Origin: Octopus vulgaris
Lineage: Eukaryota
DNA: 64,000 bases
Direction of reading: 5' to 3'
Assembly: GCA_951406725.2 (NCBI GenBank)
Contig: OX597830.1
Location: forward strand, 57,908,001 to 57,972,000
Shown here piece by piece: positions 38,969 through 51,596 of the stretch. A program made the position numbers and the translations under genes. The notes under the pieces are model-generated. The model saw only the letters and a list, made by a program, of their open reading frames with translations, was not told the origin of the DNA and did no database searches. Every line of letters starts with the position of its first letter. Position 1 is the stretch's first letter.

Positions 38969-41900
38969 TACACAGAGAAAAAAACACAGAAAGAAGGAGA
39001 GAAAAAAAATATGTGTGCAGAGGCTAGCGAATCAACATGGCGATCTGATTTCGACCAGAAGTCAAAGATCAAACATGAGACGCAAGAGCGAAATTAGGGG
39101 AGATAATAGGGTTGAATGACCCCGCTCAAACATAAGAGTGTGTGTGTGTGTGTATGAGAAGAGTGTGTGTGTGTGTATGAGAGAGTATTAGTGCGTATGA
39201 GAGGTCTAGACGTGTGTATGTATATATGATGTGATGTGTAAAGTCGTATGGTGTAGTGTAGAGAGAGGAGAAGAGGGTGAGGGGAGGGGCTGAGGGGGAG
39301 AAGGAGGGAGAGAGAGGGGGGGGTGAGGGGGAGAAAGAAAGGGGAGAAGAGGGTAGAAGGAAAGGGGAGAAGGAAGGAGAGGAGAAGAGGAGGGGGGAGA
39401 AGGAAGGAGAGGAGAGAGGGGGAGAGAGAGGGAAGGGGAGTGAGGGAGCAGAGGGAAGGGGAAGAGGGAAGAAGGAGGGAGGGAGAAAGAGGGAAGAAGG
39501 GAAGAGGAGTAGGGGTGAAAGGATGAAGGACTGAAGAGAAGTAGGGGTCGGGGGGAGGTTAGATGAGGAGGGGGAAGAGTTGAGACCAAATGGCATATAA
39601 GAGCGAAGAGAGAAGATTAATTCCTGTTCACGGCGCAAACGGGAATCCGGATGGCCTCTGTGTAAAGACAAACCGAACACAGACAGGTGTTGCAAGGAGT
39701 GACCGGTGGAGCGGAAATGGCGTGAGACCGGTGTGTCGTTCGCAAGGTGGATGTCACGAAGGTGTTCCGCGAACTGGTCAGCCAAGCAGCGTCCCGTTTG
39801 TCCGATGTACCGGGAATGGCAGAGAGAGCAAGAGACGTAATAGATAATATTGCTGGAGGTGCAGGTGAAGGAGTTGATGATGCGAAAGGGTCGATGATAG
39901 GTGCCAGTGAGGAGGGTGGTGTTGGAGAGGTAAGGGCAAGTGCGGCAACGTGGGCGGGAGCAGGGGAACGAGCCAGGTTGGGAGGTAGGGTCAGGGAAGG
40001 AGCTATGGACCAAAAGGTCTCGAAGGTTATGGGCTCGTTTGAAAGAGGGGAGGGGTCGGTTAGGGAAGAGGTGTGAAGTGGACGGGTCTGACTGGAGATG
40101 ACGGAAAGCTTGAAGAATGGTGCATTGGAGAGGTAGGGTCGTGGGGTGGTAAGTGAGGGGAAAAGGGAGGCAGGAGACTACAGGGCGGGTTCGGGGAGAG
40201 AGAGCAGATACACGGTCCACGGAACGTGCTCTGGCAAGGGTGGTGTGGATAGTGGTGAGGGGGTATCCACGTAGGATGAAGTGGTCAGCCATACGTTGAG
40301 ACTGAGTCTCAAAGTCATGGTTGTCACTACAGAGACTACGTAGACGGAGGAATTGGGAATAGGGGATGGAAAGCTTGGTGTGTTCTGGGTGGGAGGAAGA
40401 GAAGTTGAGGTAACAGTGTGAGTCTGTGTGTTTGTAGTGAATGGAGGTGGTAAGAGTGGAGTGAAGAATGCTAACCGAAATGTCGAGGAAGGAGACAGAG
40501 GTGTTGGAGATAGTGGAAGTGAAGTGGAAGGCTGGATGGAAAGATTGAACAAAAGAGAGGAAGGAATCTAGATGTTCACGGGAGAGTGAGGTGGCACCGA
40601 TAATGTCGTCAATGTAACGACCATATAGTTCAGGAGTGGGACCAGTGAAATTAGAGAATATTTGGGCCTCAACATAGCCAACGAACAGGTTCGCATAGTT
40701 GGGGCCCATTCGCGTTCCCATGGCCACTCCCGAGACCTGATGGTAGAACTCGCCCGTGAACGAGAAGCAGTTAAGAGTAAGGACAAGTTCGGCCAGATGA
40801 ATGAGTGTGGAGGTGTCAGGTTCAGGGTTGGAGCAGAGGTCAAGAAAGTGTTGAAGTGCCTGCAGTCCTTCGTGGTGAGGGATAATGGTATAGAGGCTCT
40901 GAATGTCCATAGTAAAAAGGATTTTGGAGGAGCCGGGAGGAAAGGAGAAAGAGTTGAAAAGCCGGAGAGCATGGTTGGTATCGTGGATGTGGGAGGGAAG
41001 AGATGCCACTAGGGGGGCAAGGACATGGTCGAGGTATTTAGAGATGAGCTCCGTGGGGCAGTTACAGGCGGAGACGATGGGGCGGCCAGGGTTGTTGGGT
41101 TTGTGGATTTTGGGGAGGAAGTAAATGGTGGGGGTACGTGGGGTTCGCACAATTAGGTTGGATGCGGTGTGGGGGAGACGGGAGGACGAGATGAGGTCGC
41201 GGACAGTAGAGGATACCGTCTGTTGGTAGCTACGTGTGGGGTTAGAGGACAGAGGGGAGTAGAAGGAGGTGTCATTGAGTTGGCGGAAAGCCTCGGCCCT
41301 GTAGAGGTCCGCGCGCCACACCACTACAGCTCCACCCTTGTCAGCCGGTTTGATGATGATGTCAGCGCGCCGTTGGAATATATATACATATATATGAAAG
41401 TCTATAAGGATTACTTAATACAGTTTTTGAAGTGCAGAGGTGATACACACACACACACACACATATGTATACGTACAAATACATGCACACACAAAGTTTT
41501 GTACATATATTATATACATAGACCATTGTTATTTAAATGTCCACTTTTCGATGCTTGCATAGGTCAGGTTGGGGCAGCTTCTATGCAGCTGGATGCCCTT
41601 CCTGTCACCAACCCTCACCTGTTTCCAAGCAAAGTAAATCCCCCCTTCTCCCAGGGCCAGATATATTCTCTCAGAACATAGGAAATGAATGACACTGCTT
41701 GTATGAAGGTGGTTATCCTTTACAACTATCATATGATGTCAAGACATGGAGATACAAGCACAAGCAACCCCACCACCACCACCACCACCACCACCACCAC
41801 CACCACCACCACCACGCACACAAGGTGTTTCTCTCAGTTTCTGTCTACCAAATCCACTGACAAGGCTTTGGTTGACCCAAGGCTATAGTAGCAGACACCC

Positions 41901-42639
41901 GCCTAAGGGGCCATGCTGTGGGACTGGACCTGGAACCTTGTGGTTGGAAAAGCAAACTTCTTGTCACACAGCATTCTTATGCTTTGTTACACCTGCGCCT
42001 TAGCCATTCCTGAATATGGTTAATAGTTTATCAATCAGTTCTTGTGAAAATGGAGATGAAAGAGTTTTAGCATCAGCAAAAGAATTAGCCACAGAATTGG
42101 ATGAGGAGCTCATGTTTAAAGTTGCAAGAACACACCTCTCCCCCTTATACACACCCACCAGAAACAAAAATACGATGAATTGGTGAACTACAAATGACTC
42201 AGAAAGAGGCTGACCCAGAAAGAAGATTAAAAGAAATGTCATGTGTTAAAGTAAAATTCAACAGAGATATGTTTTCTATCAGAGATATTTGAAAAGTTAC
42301 AAAGTTTCCATAACACATGGGACAAAAGACATGTGTTGTTAACTCAGTAACCTTCCTCTGAGTTAGCTTTCAAACTATTTGTTAAGATCTGCTTTATATT
42401 TGCTGTGTAAATCAGCGAGATCTTCTTGGTGTGTCTATTGAATAGTTAGTTTTGTGTGTGTGTGTGTGTGTGTGTGTGTAAGCATAAAATGTTTATCTGT
42501 TAATTTATGAAAAGCCCTACCTTCAAAGATCTTAATATCTAGGACTTTACTTTTCTGTGTGATAAGACCCAAAATTTATATGAAGGTGAGTGCAAAATAT
42601 ATGGACACCTTTAGAACAATAATATTATGCTGTATTACA

Positions 42640-42885
42640 GAAGGGCAGCTCCCACTCCCATCTATGACAACATTAGCAGTAAGGCCAAACAGATAGTGAA
42701 ATGTTATCTGCTGGAGGTTGATTGGAAACTGCCGGCTGTATTTTAACAACATCAAAAGGTGCAGGCTTTGCTTAGCAGAGAAGTGGTCGGTCTTAAAACA
42801 TTCCCTTCATCTGGATATTTTTGTGAACTTCAAATTGGAGACTTTTATGCTCTGTCCCACTGAATGTAAATACATTCTAAGGAAA
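42640..42885 (+). mobile_element. Naiad-type PLE endonuclease C-terminal remnant
   Basis: YFNNIKRCRLCLAEKWSVL..NFKLE..LCP resembles the KRCxLCLxEK..LNKRxE..CxH ending of these elements. Short and decayed. Confidence 0.5.
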
Positions 42886-43439
42886 TCATCACCACCATCA
42901 CTATTTAACATCTGTTTTCCTTGCTGGCATGGGTTGGATGGTTCAATAGGAGCTGGCAAGGCTAGAGAGCTACACCAGACTCCATTTGTTTGTTTTGGCA
43001 TGGTTTCTACAGCTGGTGCCCTTCTTAATGCCAACCATTTTACAGAGTGGACTGGTTGCTTTTTATGTGGCACCATCACAGGTACTTTTGTTATTGTACC
43101 TGCACGAGTGCTTCAAACATGACACCAGCACAAATGCTTTTGATGAGGTACCTGCACAGGTGCTTTTAACATGGCATCATCTCAATATATGATATTGGTT
43201 ATCATTTGGTTACTACTTGTGATGAGGATAAGGTGTTGGTGTATCCCAGGCAACATAGTTCTGGTATAGCACAGAGGGATAACAGGGTAATTTGATTTTC
43301 CACTTGAAACCATATTATATATTTATTATTATTATTATTAATGATTTAAAGAAATGTTGTTTTCTCATATCAGTCACCCTTTCCTGATGATGCTGAGGTT
43401 TTATACACACACACATACACACACACAACACACACATAC

Positions 43440-43494
<55 letters not shown>

Positions 43495-43497
<3 letters not shown>

Positions 43498-44638
43498 TCA
43501 TCATCTTTTAACGTCCGCTTTCCATGCTAGCATGGGTTGGACGGTTCAACTGGGGTCTGGCAAGCCCGAAGGCTGCACCAGGCCAGTCAGATCTGGCAGT
43601 GTTTCTACAGCTGGATGCCCTTCCTAACGCCAACCACTCCGAGAGTGTAGTGGGTGATTTTATGTGCCACCGACACAGGTGCCAGACGAGGCTGGCAGAC
43701 GGCCACGCTCGGATGGTGTTTTTTATGTGTCACCGACACAGGTGCCAGACGAGGCTGGCGGACGGCCACGCTCGGATGGTGTTTGTTACGTGCCCTCAGC
43801 ACGGAGGCCAGTCGTTGCGGTACTGGCTACGGTCACGTTCGGATGGTTTTCTTATGTGCCACCGGCACTGGTACCACAAGAATACAAATTCCATTGATGT
43901 TCATCTATTTTGATTTGGTTCGATTTGATTTGATTTGATTCAATTCTCACTTGCCTCAACAGGTCTTCACAAGTGTCACAAGAAGGAAGGTATGCACAGG
44001 TGGACTGACTACGTCCCAGGTAGGGGCCACGGATTACGGCTTCACTAGTCTTGCCGGGTCTTCTCAAGCACAGCATACTTCCATAGGTCTCGGTCTCTAG
44101 TCATTTCCATGATGAGACCTAACGTCCGAAGGTCGTGCTTCACCACCTCGTCCCAGGTTTTCCTGGGTCTACCTCTTCCACGGGTTCCCTCAACTGCTAG
44201 GGATTGGCACTTTCTCACACACCTATCTTCATCCATTCTTGCCACATAACCATACCAGCGCAATCGTCTCTCTTGCACACCACAACTGATGCTTCTTAGG
44301 TACAACATTTCTCTCAAGGTACTAACGCTCTGTCGAGTAAGTACACTGACATTACACATCCATCGGAGCATACTGGCTTCGTTCCTCATGAGCTTACGCA
44401 TGTCCTCAGCAGTCACGGCCCATGTTTCACTGCCATGTAGCATAGCTGTTCGTACACATGCATCATACAGTCTGCCTTTTATTCTGAGCGAGAGGCCTTT
44501 AGTCACCAGCAGAGGTAAGAGCTCCCTAAACTTTGCCCAGGCTATTCTTATTCTAGCAGTTACACTTTCAGCGCACCCACCCCCACTACTGACTTGGTCA
44601 CCTAGATAGTGGAAGCTATCGACTACTTCTAGTTTTTC
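43495..44638 (-). mobile_element. 5'-truncated RTE LINE between (TA)n and (CA)n tracts
   Basis: ORF 44045-44650 (EKLEVVDSFHYLGDQV..RWYGYVARMDED..GRGRPRKTW), 3' UTR and (GAT)n tail. Confidence 0.92.
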
Positions 44639-45259
44639 ATACACACACACACATATATATATACATATATATATCGATTAGAGGTAGTTATTCTCTGTAT
44701 AGAATACATGTTGTAGTGTTCAAGAGTTTTAAACTTGACCCAGTAGAGGAGTAAATGTGATATATGATGGCTGCCCCCTTGTTATCGAGTATGGCCATTG
44801 CATGAAGCTTAACTGTTATTGGTGCTAAGATCGAATGTGACTTTTATTTGCGTTTTAAGACTACAGCCAGCCATTCAGTTGAGACTCACAGCACCATCAA
44901 CAATCATGAACAATGTTGCTATCGTGCAATGCCTGTGCAAGAAGATTTTTTTTTAAAGTGAGGAAAGGCTGTGCACTGAGTCAATCCCACTCACTAAGCA
45001 ACAGCAGCCATAATCCGAAAAGAACAACAAGTCAACATCATAGGTAACATCATAGTTACCTTCTCCTAGAAGGATGCCCTAACAAAGGCTAGGAGTCCTT
45101 CACTCCCAATGGTTTAGCTGCGCAATTGGGTATTCAGTTCGATTATTTCTATGTCCCTGCGCATGATACAGCCTTAAGCCTTAAAAAAAAATACACATTT
45201 ATTGGATGGCCGTTGACTCTCAAAAATTCCTCTGCTCTTTGACGGGTTTTGTTTTTCAT

Positions 45260-45605
45260 CCTGCAGAGTGTCCAATAAACAGCCTGCTCATGAAATTAAT
45301 GTACAAGTGGCTGAGTACTCCAGAGACACATGTACCCTTAACGGAGTTCTCAGGGAGATTCAGTGTGACACAGAATGTAACAAGGCTGGCCCTTCGAAAT
45401 ACAGGTACAACAGAAACAGGAAGAAAGAGTGAGAGAAATTTGTGATGAAAACTACATCAGGGTTCGCTGCCTTACCCTGCCAGTGCCTTGTGGAGCTTTA
45501 GGTGTTTTCGCTCAATAAACACTCACAATGCCCAGTCTGGGAATTGAAACTGCGATCCTATGACCGTGAGTCCACCTCCCTAACCACTGGGCCATTGTGC
45601 CTCCT
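45260..45605 (-). mobile_element. tRNA-headed SINE, third family
   Basis: Reverse complement of 22394-22650. Confidence 0.75.
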
Positions 45606-46537
45606 ATTATAGTGTATATTTACAGTGTACAGGTATTTTACACTGTCAGATTGGATAGTGTGCTTGATTAAAGGTACAGCTCTGTATTTATTCCTCTGTC
45701 TTTCATAATGTAATTTTTGATATTAGTCACTCCTAACTTAACCTTACCTTAGAAGGGACACCTGTGGATAAGCAGCTTCATTGGACCTTGCTTTTAGTCC
45801 GCATTACTGAGGTATGAGTTATATAATATTGAAGTGAAGATAAGGAACTCAAAACAGTTTTAAATGCCAAGAGGAGTGCCACTTGTGATTGAAAGCTAGT
45901 TTCTTATACTTAGTGATTTCCACTTCATATTCTCAATCATTAAACTGGATACAAAGTGCAGTGCAAGTGATTAACAGATTTAGAATATTTACCCATCACA
46001 GACTTATGTCTCTACAAATCGAATCACACGTTTCTAGATTTATGTTATTGATAACTTGTGATGGAAATTTTTTATTGGTCTCTAAAGTACAATGAGTTGA
46101 ATACCAACATGTAGATTAAAGATGAATTATTGTTGTAATGTGAAAAGATAGTAAATTTCCATCACATTTTCTGAGATTTGCACAAACTTACAAGTTTTGC
46201 CCCATAAGGATGAAGAAGCAAGCTCAACTTCTGTAAGATTTGAACTTACATTGTGTCTTATGTTCTGGCATTCGATGGAGAATATAAGCTGAAGTAGACT
46301 TTTCTGTTAAAAAGAAATCAATGATTAATCTGTTATCTTTCACTTGTCTCAGTCATTAGACTTATGGCCATGCTGGGGCATCACCTTGAAGAATTTTAGT
46401 CACATGAATTAACCCTAGTAATTATTTATTTTTAAAGCCTGGTACTTATTTTATCGGTTTGTTTTGACAAACCACTAAGTTACAGGAATATAAACACACC
46501 AGTTGTCAAGTGGTGGAGGGGAATAAACACAGACAGA

Positions 46538-46590
<53 letters not shown>

Positions 46591-47009
46591 TTGACAGGCT
46601 TTTAAACAATTTTAACTACTTTGTCACACAATGTTTCAATCAAGCTATTCTAATTACAATAAGTTCTTTTGTCTTCTGTATTCAGAATTTCAACTCACAA
46701 ATGGTCATCGTTTCAACAATTGGGACAGCATTACCAATTCTCAATTTTCTTAGATAACACAATATCAAGCTTGAAATCCACATAAAAATTCTTTAAAGCA
46801 GCAACACTTTTCCTTGAATGCCACTTGAAAGATCACTTCAGCAATCCAGCTGAAACTGATTAACATTTTCTAACAACTCTTTTTCATTTAACTACTTAAA
46901 ATTCCTCAAAATATTCAAAAACTGCCCAGCTTCCATTCTGCTGTGAAATTATTAATTTCACTCAGTTCTGTCACATTTTCTCAATTATCCAAAATGCTGT
47001 GCAATTGGT

Positions 47010-47640
47010 CTGGCACACTTGTGCCAGTGGAACATTAAAAGCACATCCGAGCGTGGGGTGTAACCAGCTCACTTATGAGTACCCTTCATTCATTGGACGA
47101 TAAACTTTGCTTGCGAAGACCTATTGAGGCAAGTGAAATCAAATCAAAATCGCTGACGTTGCCGATGACAGTACCACCTGATTGGCACTCATGCCAGTGG
47201 AATGTTGAAAGCACATCCAAGCATGATCGTTGCTAGGGCCACGGATTGGCTCCCGTGCCAGTGGTGCGTAAAAAGTACCATTCGAGCGTGATTGTTGCCA
47301 ACATCACCTTACTGGCACGTGCTGATGGCAGGTGAAAACAACATTTGAGCATGGTTGTTGCCAGTGCCGCAGGACTGGCTCCCATGCAGGTAGCACGTAA
47401 AGAACACCTTTCGAACATGGTCGTTGCTAGAACCGCTTACTGGCCCTCATGCCGGTGGCATGTAAAAGTACCCACAACACTCTCGGAGTGGTTGGCATTA
47501 GGAAGGGCATCCAGCTGTAGAAACTTTGCCAGATTAGATTGGAGTCTGGTGCAGCATTCTGGCTCACCAGTCCTCAGTCAAATCCATGCCAGTATGGAAA
47601 GCAGATGTTAAACGATGACAACAACGATGCTGATGATGAT
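47010..47640 (+). mobile_element. RTE 3' UTR fragment with multiple hairpin units
   Basis: GAAGACCT.TTGAGGCAAGTG, repeated TGCCrGTGG..GTAAAA units, the family terminus and (GAT)n. Confidence 0.85.
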
Positions 47641-47830
47641 CCTTGTCTGTGATATTGTATGAGTTGAGACAGGAAGAGGTTTTTTTTAAGCATCTCTCAC
47701 AACTGTGTACTTGAACTGAAGATATTGAACATTTTCTTTATTGTCCCAAAGGATTTATATAGCTCCTTTGCAGTCTTCAGCTTAATCTGTAACCATGAGA
47801 GTCAGACTTGCAGTTTCCATTTGCTTTTAA

Positions 47831-48861
47831 TTCTTTAGCAATCACATTACTTTGTCAAATGTAATGTTTATTGATTCACATTGTTTTGAATTTATCAGGA
47901 ACTAGCAGTATCACCCATCGTTGCTTTAGAATTGGAATTTTTGAAAAGTAAAAATTTTGCATTATGTAGCTTGTTATTCTCTTTAAGTGAACATTTTTCT
48001 GGTTGAAATACACGAAAAATGGCGACAGTCAAAAAGATCGTAAAAAAATTGGGATTTTCATAGAAAAAAAGCACCTTTTTGATGTAAATAATTTTTGGTG
48101 TTAACATGGTCCAATTTGATTTTTTTCTTCTACGGAAGGAAGAGCAAGCCTTCTTCTATCATACTCTCAATTTTGGTCAACTTGCGCCGCAGGGTCTCGG
48201 AGGAGATAGTGTTAGTTGAAGGCTACCAAAGCTGCCATACACAGACAACTTCAGCTTTATATATATAGATAATTGGTATGTGTTCACAAAGTCCAAACGA
48301 TTAATACGAAAAAACCCTCCAGGCTACATCCCGAAAATTCATTTCTTTGCTGAATTTCTACAATGTTTACGGTGATTCGTTTTTATATCTTGATTTTTTA
48401 TTTTTCATGCAATTTACGCATGCTTGCATGCGTGGTGAACACAGTTCACATCAAACAGCTGACTGAGTAAAGTTCACTATTCAATGCATGGGATAAGGCC
48501 TAAACAAACACATTATCGATTTTTGCACTTGCGAGATGAATTTCAGAACAGAAATAGCGCAGTTCAATTTTCATTCGCCTAAACTTTAAGTGACCCATTT
48601 TTGGTGGTTCTACATTGTTGGCTAGGAGGAGATGTGCCGGGAAGTTAAACGCACAGACACACACACAGATACACACACAGACACACAAGTTGAGTTTTAT
48701 ATATATAGATTATCTTGTAGATTCAAGATTTCAATGATGTGAATGTTTCTTTTTTTAGACTGACATTGTAGGATAGTTGTGAGAGGCCAGATCTGGCCTG
48801 TTTGAACATAAAGTAAGTACAATATTTTGGCTGGATATGATTGGGTCTAAATGCTAAAGTG
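47831..48861. mobile_element. piggyBac-like MITE (TTAA flanks) hosting a Helitron
   Basis: TTAA|TTCTTTAGCA at the left and TGCTAAAGTG|TTAA at the right, with TTAA at 47827-47830 and 48862-48865. Confidence 0.6.
47902..48709 (-). mobile_element. Non-autonomous Helitron with two 5' ends
   Basis: The minus strand starts A|TCTATATATATAAA at both 48709 and 48269 and ends GATACTGCTAG|T at 47902, giving TC...CTAG termini between A and T. Confidence 0.75.
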
Positions 48862-50929
48862 TTAAGGTAACCTTTAAGCTGCTGTAATTCTCAACCATAT
48901 TGGCAGTTATTGTCATGTATATGGCACACACAGTCTTTAAAGTTTAGATTTAAACTTATTAAGATGTCTGGGATTCTCTCTGCAATTCGACATCCAGTTC
49001 TGGTAAATTCAGGAAATGCAATAAAATGCAAGAATATTTTTTTCAATCAATGGCGGTTGAAAAACTATTATCGTTTCTCTTCCTGATTCTAAACAAGAGT
49101 TGTTATTTATGGAAATAATCAGATGTTCCATGAACAACAACTTCAAAATCCTTTGCAGATTTTATGTCTTCAATAATGCTCTTTTTCCAAAATGATCCAT
49201 ATTGTTTAAAGAATTATTTTTTCAATATTATCTGACAGGTGCCGTATTTGGATCCTCATTTCATTCTCCTGTATCATTCTGTACATGTGTTATTTGTTCA
49301 GATAATTCAGAATCATATTTGTACAGTAAGCTCTATAAGACCCTCATCACCCCCTCCAAATTCCACCAGAGCTATTGCCAATTTGTTCAGAAGTACCACT
49401 GGAAGCAAGCCACACTATCTGATAAAAAAAATAGGATGATATCAAGAATGTGATGAAGCATTTTCTTCCATTTATTTCTTCAGCCATGATCTCATCAACA
49501 ATATAATCATCATTTGATGTTAAAATGCTGCTCCTTGCTGTCTTGTTTGCTTCTTCCTCTGCGTTATGGTTGACGCTGTGTGAGAATGACATTACTTGGA
49601 GTCTGTTCCTTTAGCTTCCTTCAATCTTTCTTTCCTGTGTGACTTGGTTAATTCCCACATTGTACTGGACGAGACATCATCTTTTGTGAACAGCTCCAAT
49701 AAGTCAAGTAACCACAGTTACTTTTGAAACGATACTCTGCCAATTCCATTCCTTTTCTGATAAATTCATTCAGTTGGCATCTTGCATGGCATTCTGTGAT
49801 GTGAAGGCTTTTCCAGCTGTAAAACCCTTTTTTCATGGTTATCAACATCAATTTTCACTTGGCAATTGTGCTTCCACTGTTTTCACTATCAGCTTATAAT
49901 CATTTTCTTTGAGAGTATTGTCCTCTGTAAATGTAGACAGTCCTAGTCTAACAGCCTGATTTTTCAAGATCAATATGGTCGTTCTGTGTATCGCATTGTT
50001 GATGATAATGATGTCTGGTCAGGAAATCAGTCATTGATTTCTACCTTTTGATGGTTTCTTCTTCTAAATTGGCAGGTGTTCTCTTTGCTGCGTCACTTTA
50101 TATTTTTCATTGTTTCCCCCAAAAGTGATCTGAAATGGAAAAAAAACAAAAACAAAAACAAACAAACAAAAAAAAAGAGAAAAACTGACCAACAAAACCC
50201 GAATCAATGTAAAAGTGTAGAAGCCTCTGCTAAATAAAACCAGTCTCAGGGTGTGTAAGTGTAAATCGATGTAGGGTTGATTTTAACAGTGTTCTACGAC
50301 CAAATAATTGGAGGAATAAAACAATTCGCCTGTTTATCCATCTTTCCCTCCTGCCTTCCTTCCTTCCCTCCATCCCCCCTCCACCCCCTCCACCCCACCC
50401 CCACACACTTAACAGAAAAACTATCCTTTTCCACTTTCATTTTTATATAAAATATCAAAATTTCTCCTAATCTTATATTTTAGGAAATTTCACAATGGGT
50501 GCTCCAGCAATGACCATCCAATTGTGTTATGACATACAACTCTCCCCTCCCCTATTCTGTTTAAAATTGGTTTCACACAGGTATTAAAATGGATGTTAGA
50601 TAATGATACAGTTAAGTAATGCCATGTGCTCTTAAGAGCTGACAGGTACAGAAAAACATGACAATTTCTCTTCATTATTGGAAGTGAAAAATCGTGTCTG
50701 GTTTGTGGATGTTGTGAAACAAGTCAAACTGAGCAAAAGTGATATCAAGAGTTAAATCTGTTGGTGCTAAGCTGTCTCTGAGATGAGGAATAACCATGAG
50801 ACCAAAGCTGTAGCATTTAGACTAGATACAGAAGATAGAGCAGAGACACCAGCAATGAAAGAGACTGTATTACAATCAAAGACCATAAACCAGACTTTGT
50901 CTCTAACCCCAAAGGAAAACTCTGAAAGT

Positions 50930-51425
50930 GGCCTGATGAGCAAACAGCTGATCAAAAAGATCAATAAGAATATTAGGAAGGCCCCTGTCCTTCCTCTCTG
51001 GTGCAACATCAGTGAGGTCATAGCATGGTTTAAACCCAATAGCAGCAAGAGTAGAGCGAGGTCCAACCAATTTGATTTTGGAGATTTTTACCCATTTATA
51101 TCAAGGGAGCTTCTGTATAAGGCTGTGGATTTTGTTAAGGGCATATGCTGAGATTCGAGACAAGGACATACATATTGTCATGCACACCTGAAGAACCTAC
51201 TTTTTAGTCTATTGATCCAGATGGATCCTTTAACATAGTAATGCATGAATTCGATAGTACTGTCATGTGTGATCTTGTTGGTTGTTTTAGTTCTGAATTT
51301 ACTTAATAAGAAATTCCTTTCAGCTAGCTTTGGCCTCTACAGAGATGATGTTTTGACAATATTCAGAGGGACAAGTGACCACACACTCAATAGGCTCAGG
51401 AAAGATCTCACCACCACTGTATTCA
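50930..51425 (+). mobile_element. Naiad-type PLE reverse transcriptase remnant
   Basis: INKNIR..LWCNISEVIAWFK..QFDFGDFYPFISRELL..CDLVG..FGLYRDD..RLRKDL. WxNxxxVIxWF, FDxxDFYPSI and GLYRDD are typical of that clade. Confidence 0.7.
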
Positions 51426-51504
51426 GACACTAACACACACACACACACATGCATGTATGTATCTATGTAAATATATGTGTGTGTGTATATTCATATATAC
51501 ATAC

Positions 51505-51555
<51 letters not shown>

Positions 51556-51561
51556 CATACA

Positions 51562-51592
<31 letters not shown>

Positions 51593-51596
<4 letters not shown>

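Larger units (their letters stand above)
35724..41378 (-). mobile_element. Penelope-like retroelement (RT plus GIY-YIG), 5'-truncated, with its terminal repeat split by an RTE
   Basis: Open frame from about 41378: IIIKPADKGG, YFLPKIHK..GRPIVS, MDIQSLYT, GVAMGTRMGPNYANLF, RYIDD, FLD, a CxxxxCxxC linker (Neptune-like), NIIY..CxxC..YIGQTGR, EH and GLN. Terminal-repeat sequence lies at 38890-39120 and 35724-35812, with (TA)n on both flanks. Confidence 0.92.
46600..49900 (-). pseudogene. Highly decayed hAT-type transposase remnant (ZMYM1/DUF4371-like), interrupted by younger inserts
   Basis: Frameshifted GFYSWK, WKKMLHHILDIILF, LASSGTSEQIG..GIWRG and KYDSELSEQI at 49850-49250. A weaker dimerisation-domain-like segment lies at about 46640-46730. 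Confidence 0.45.

Noticed and set aside
39277-39534. Gly/Glu/Arg-rich ORF on the + strand
   Set aside because: It is a stop-free purine tract antisense to the PLE, with no evidence of a gene.
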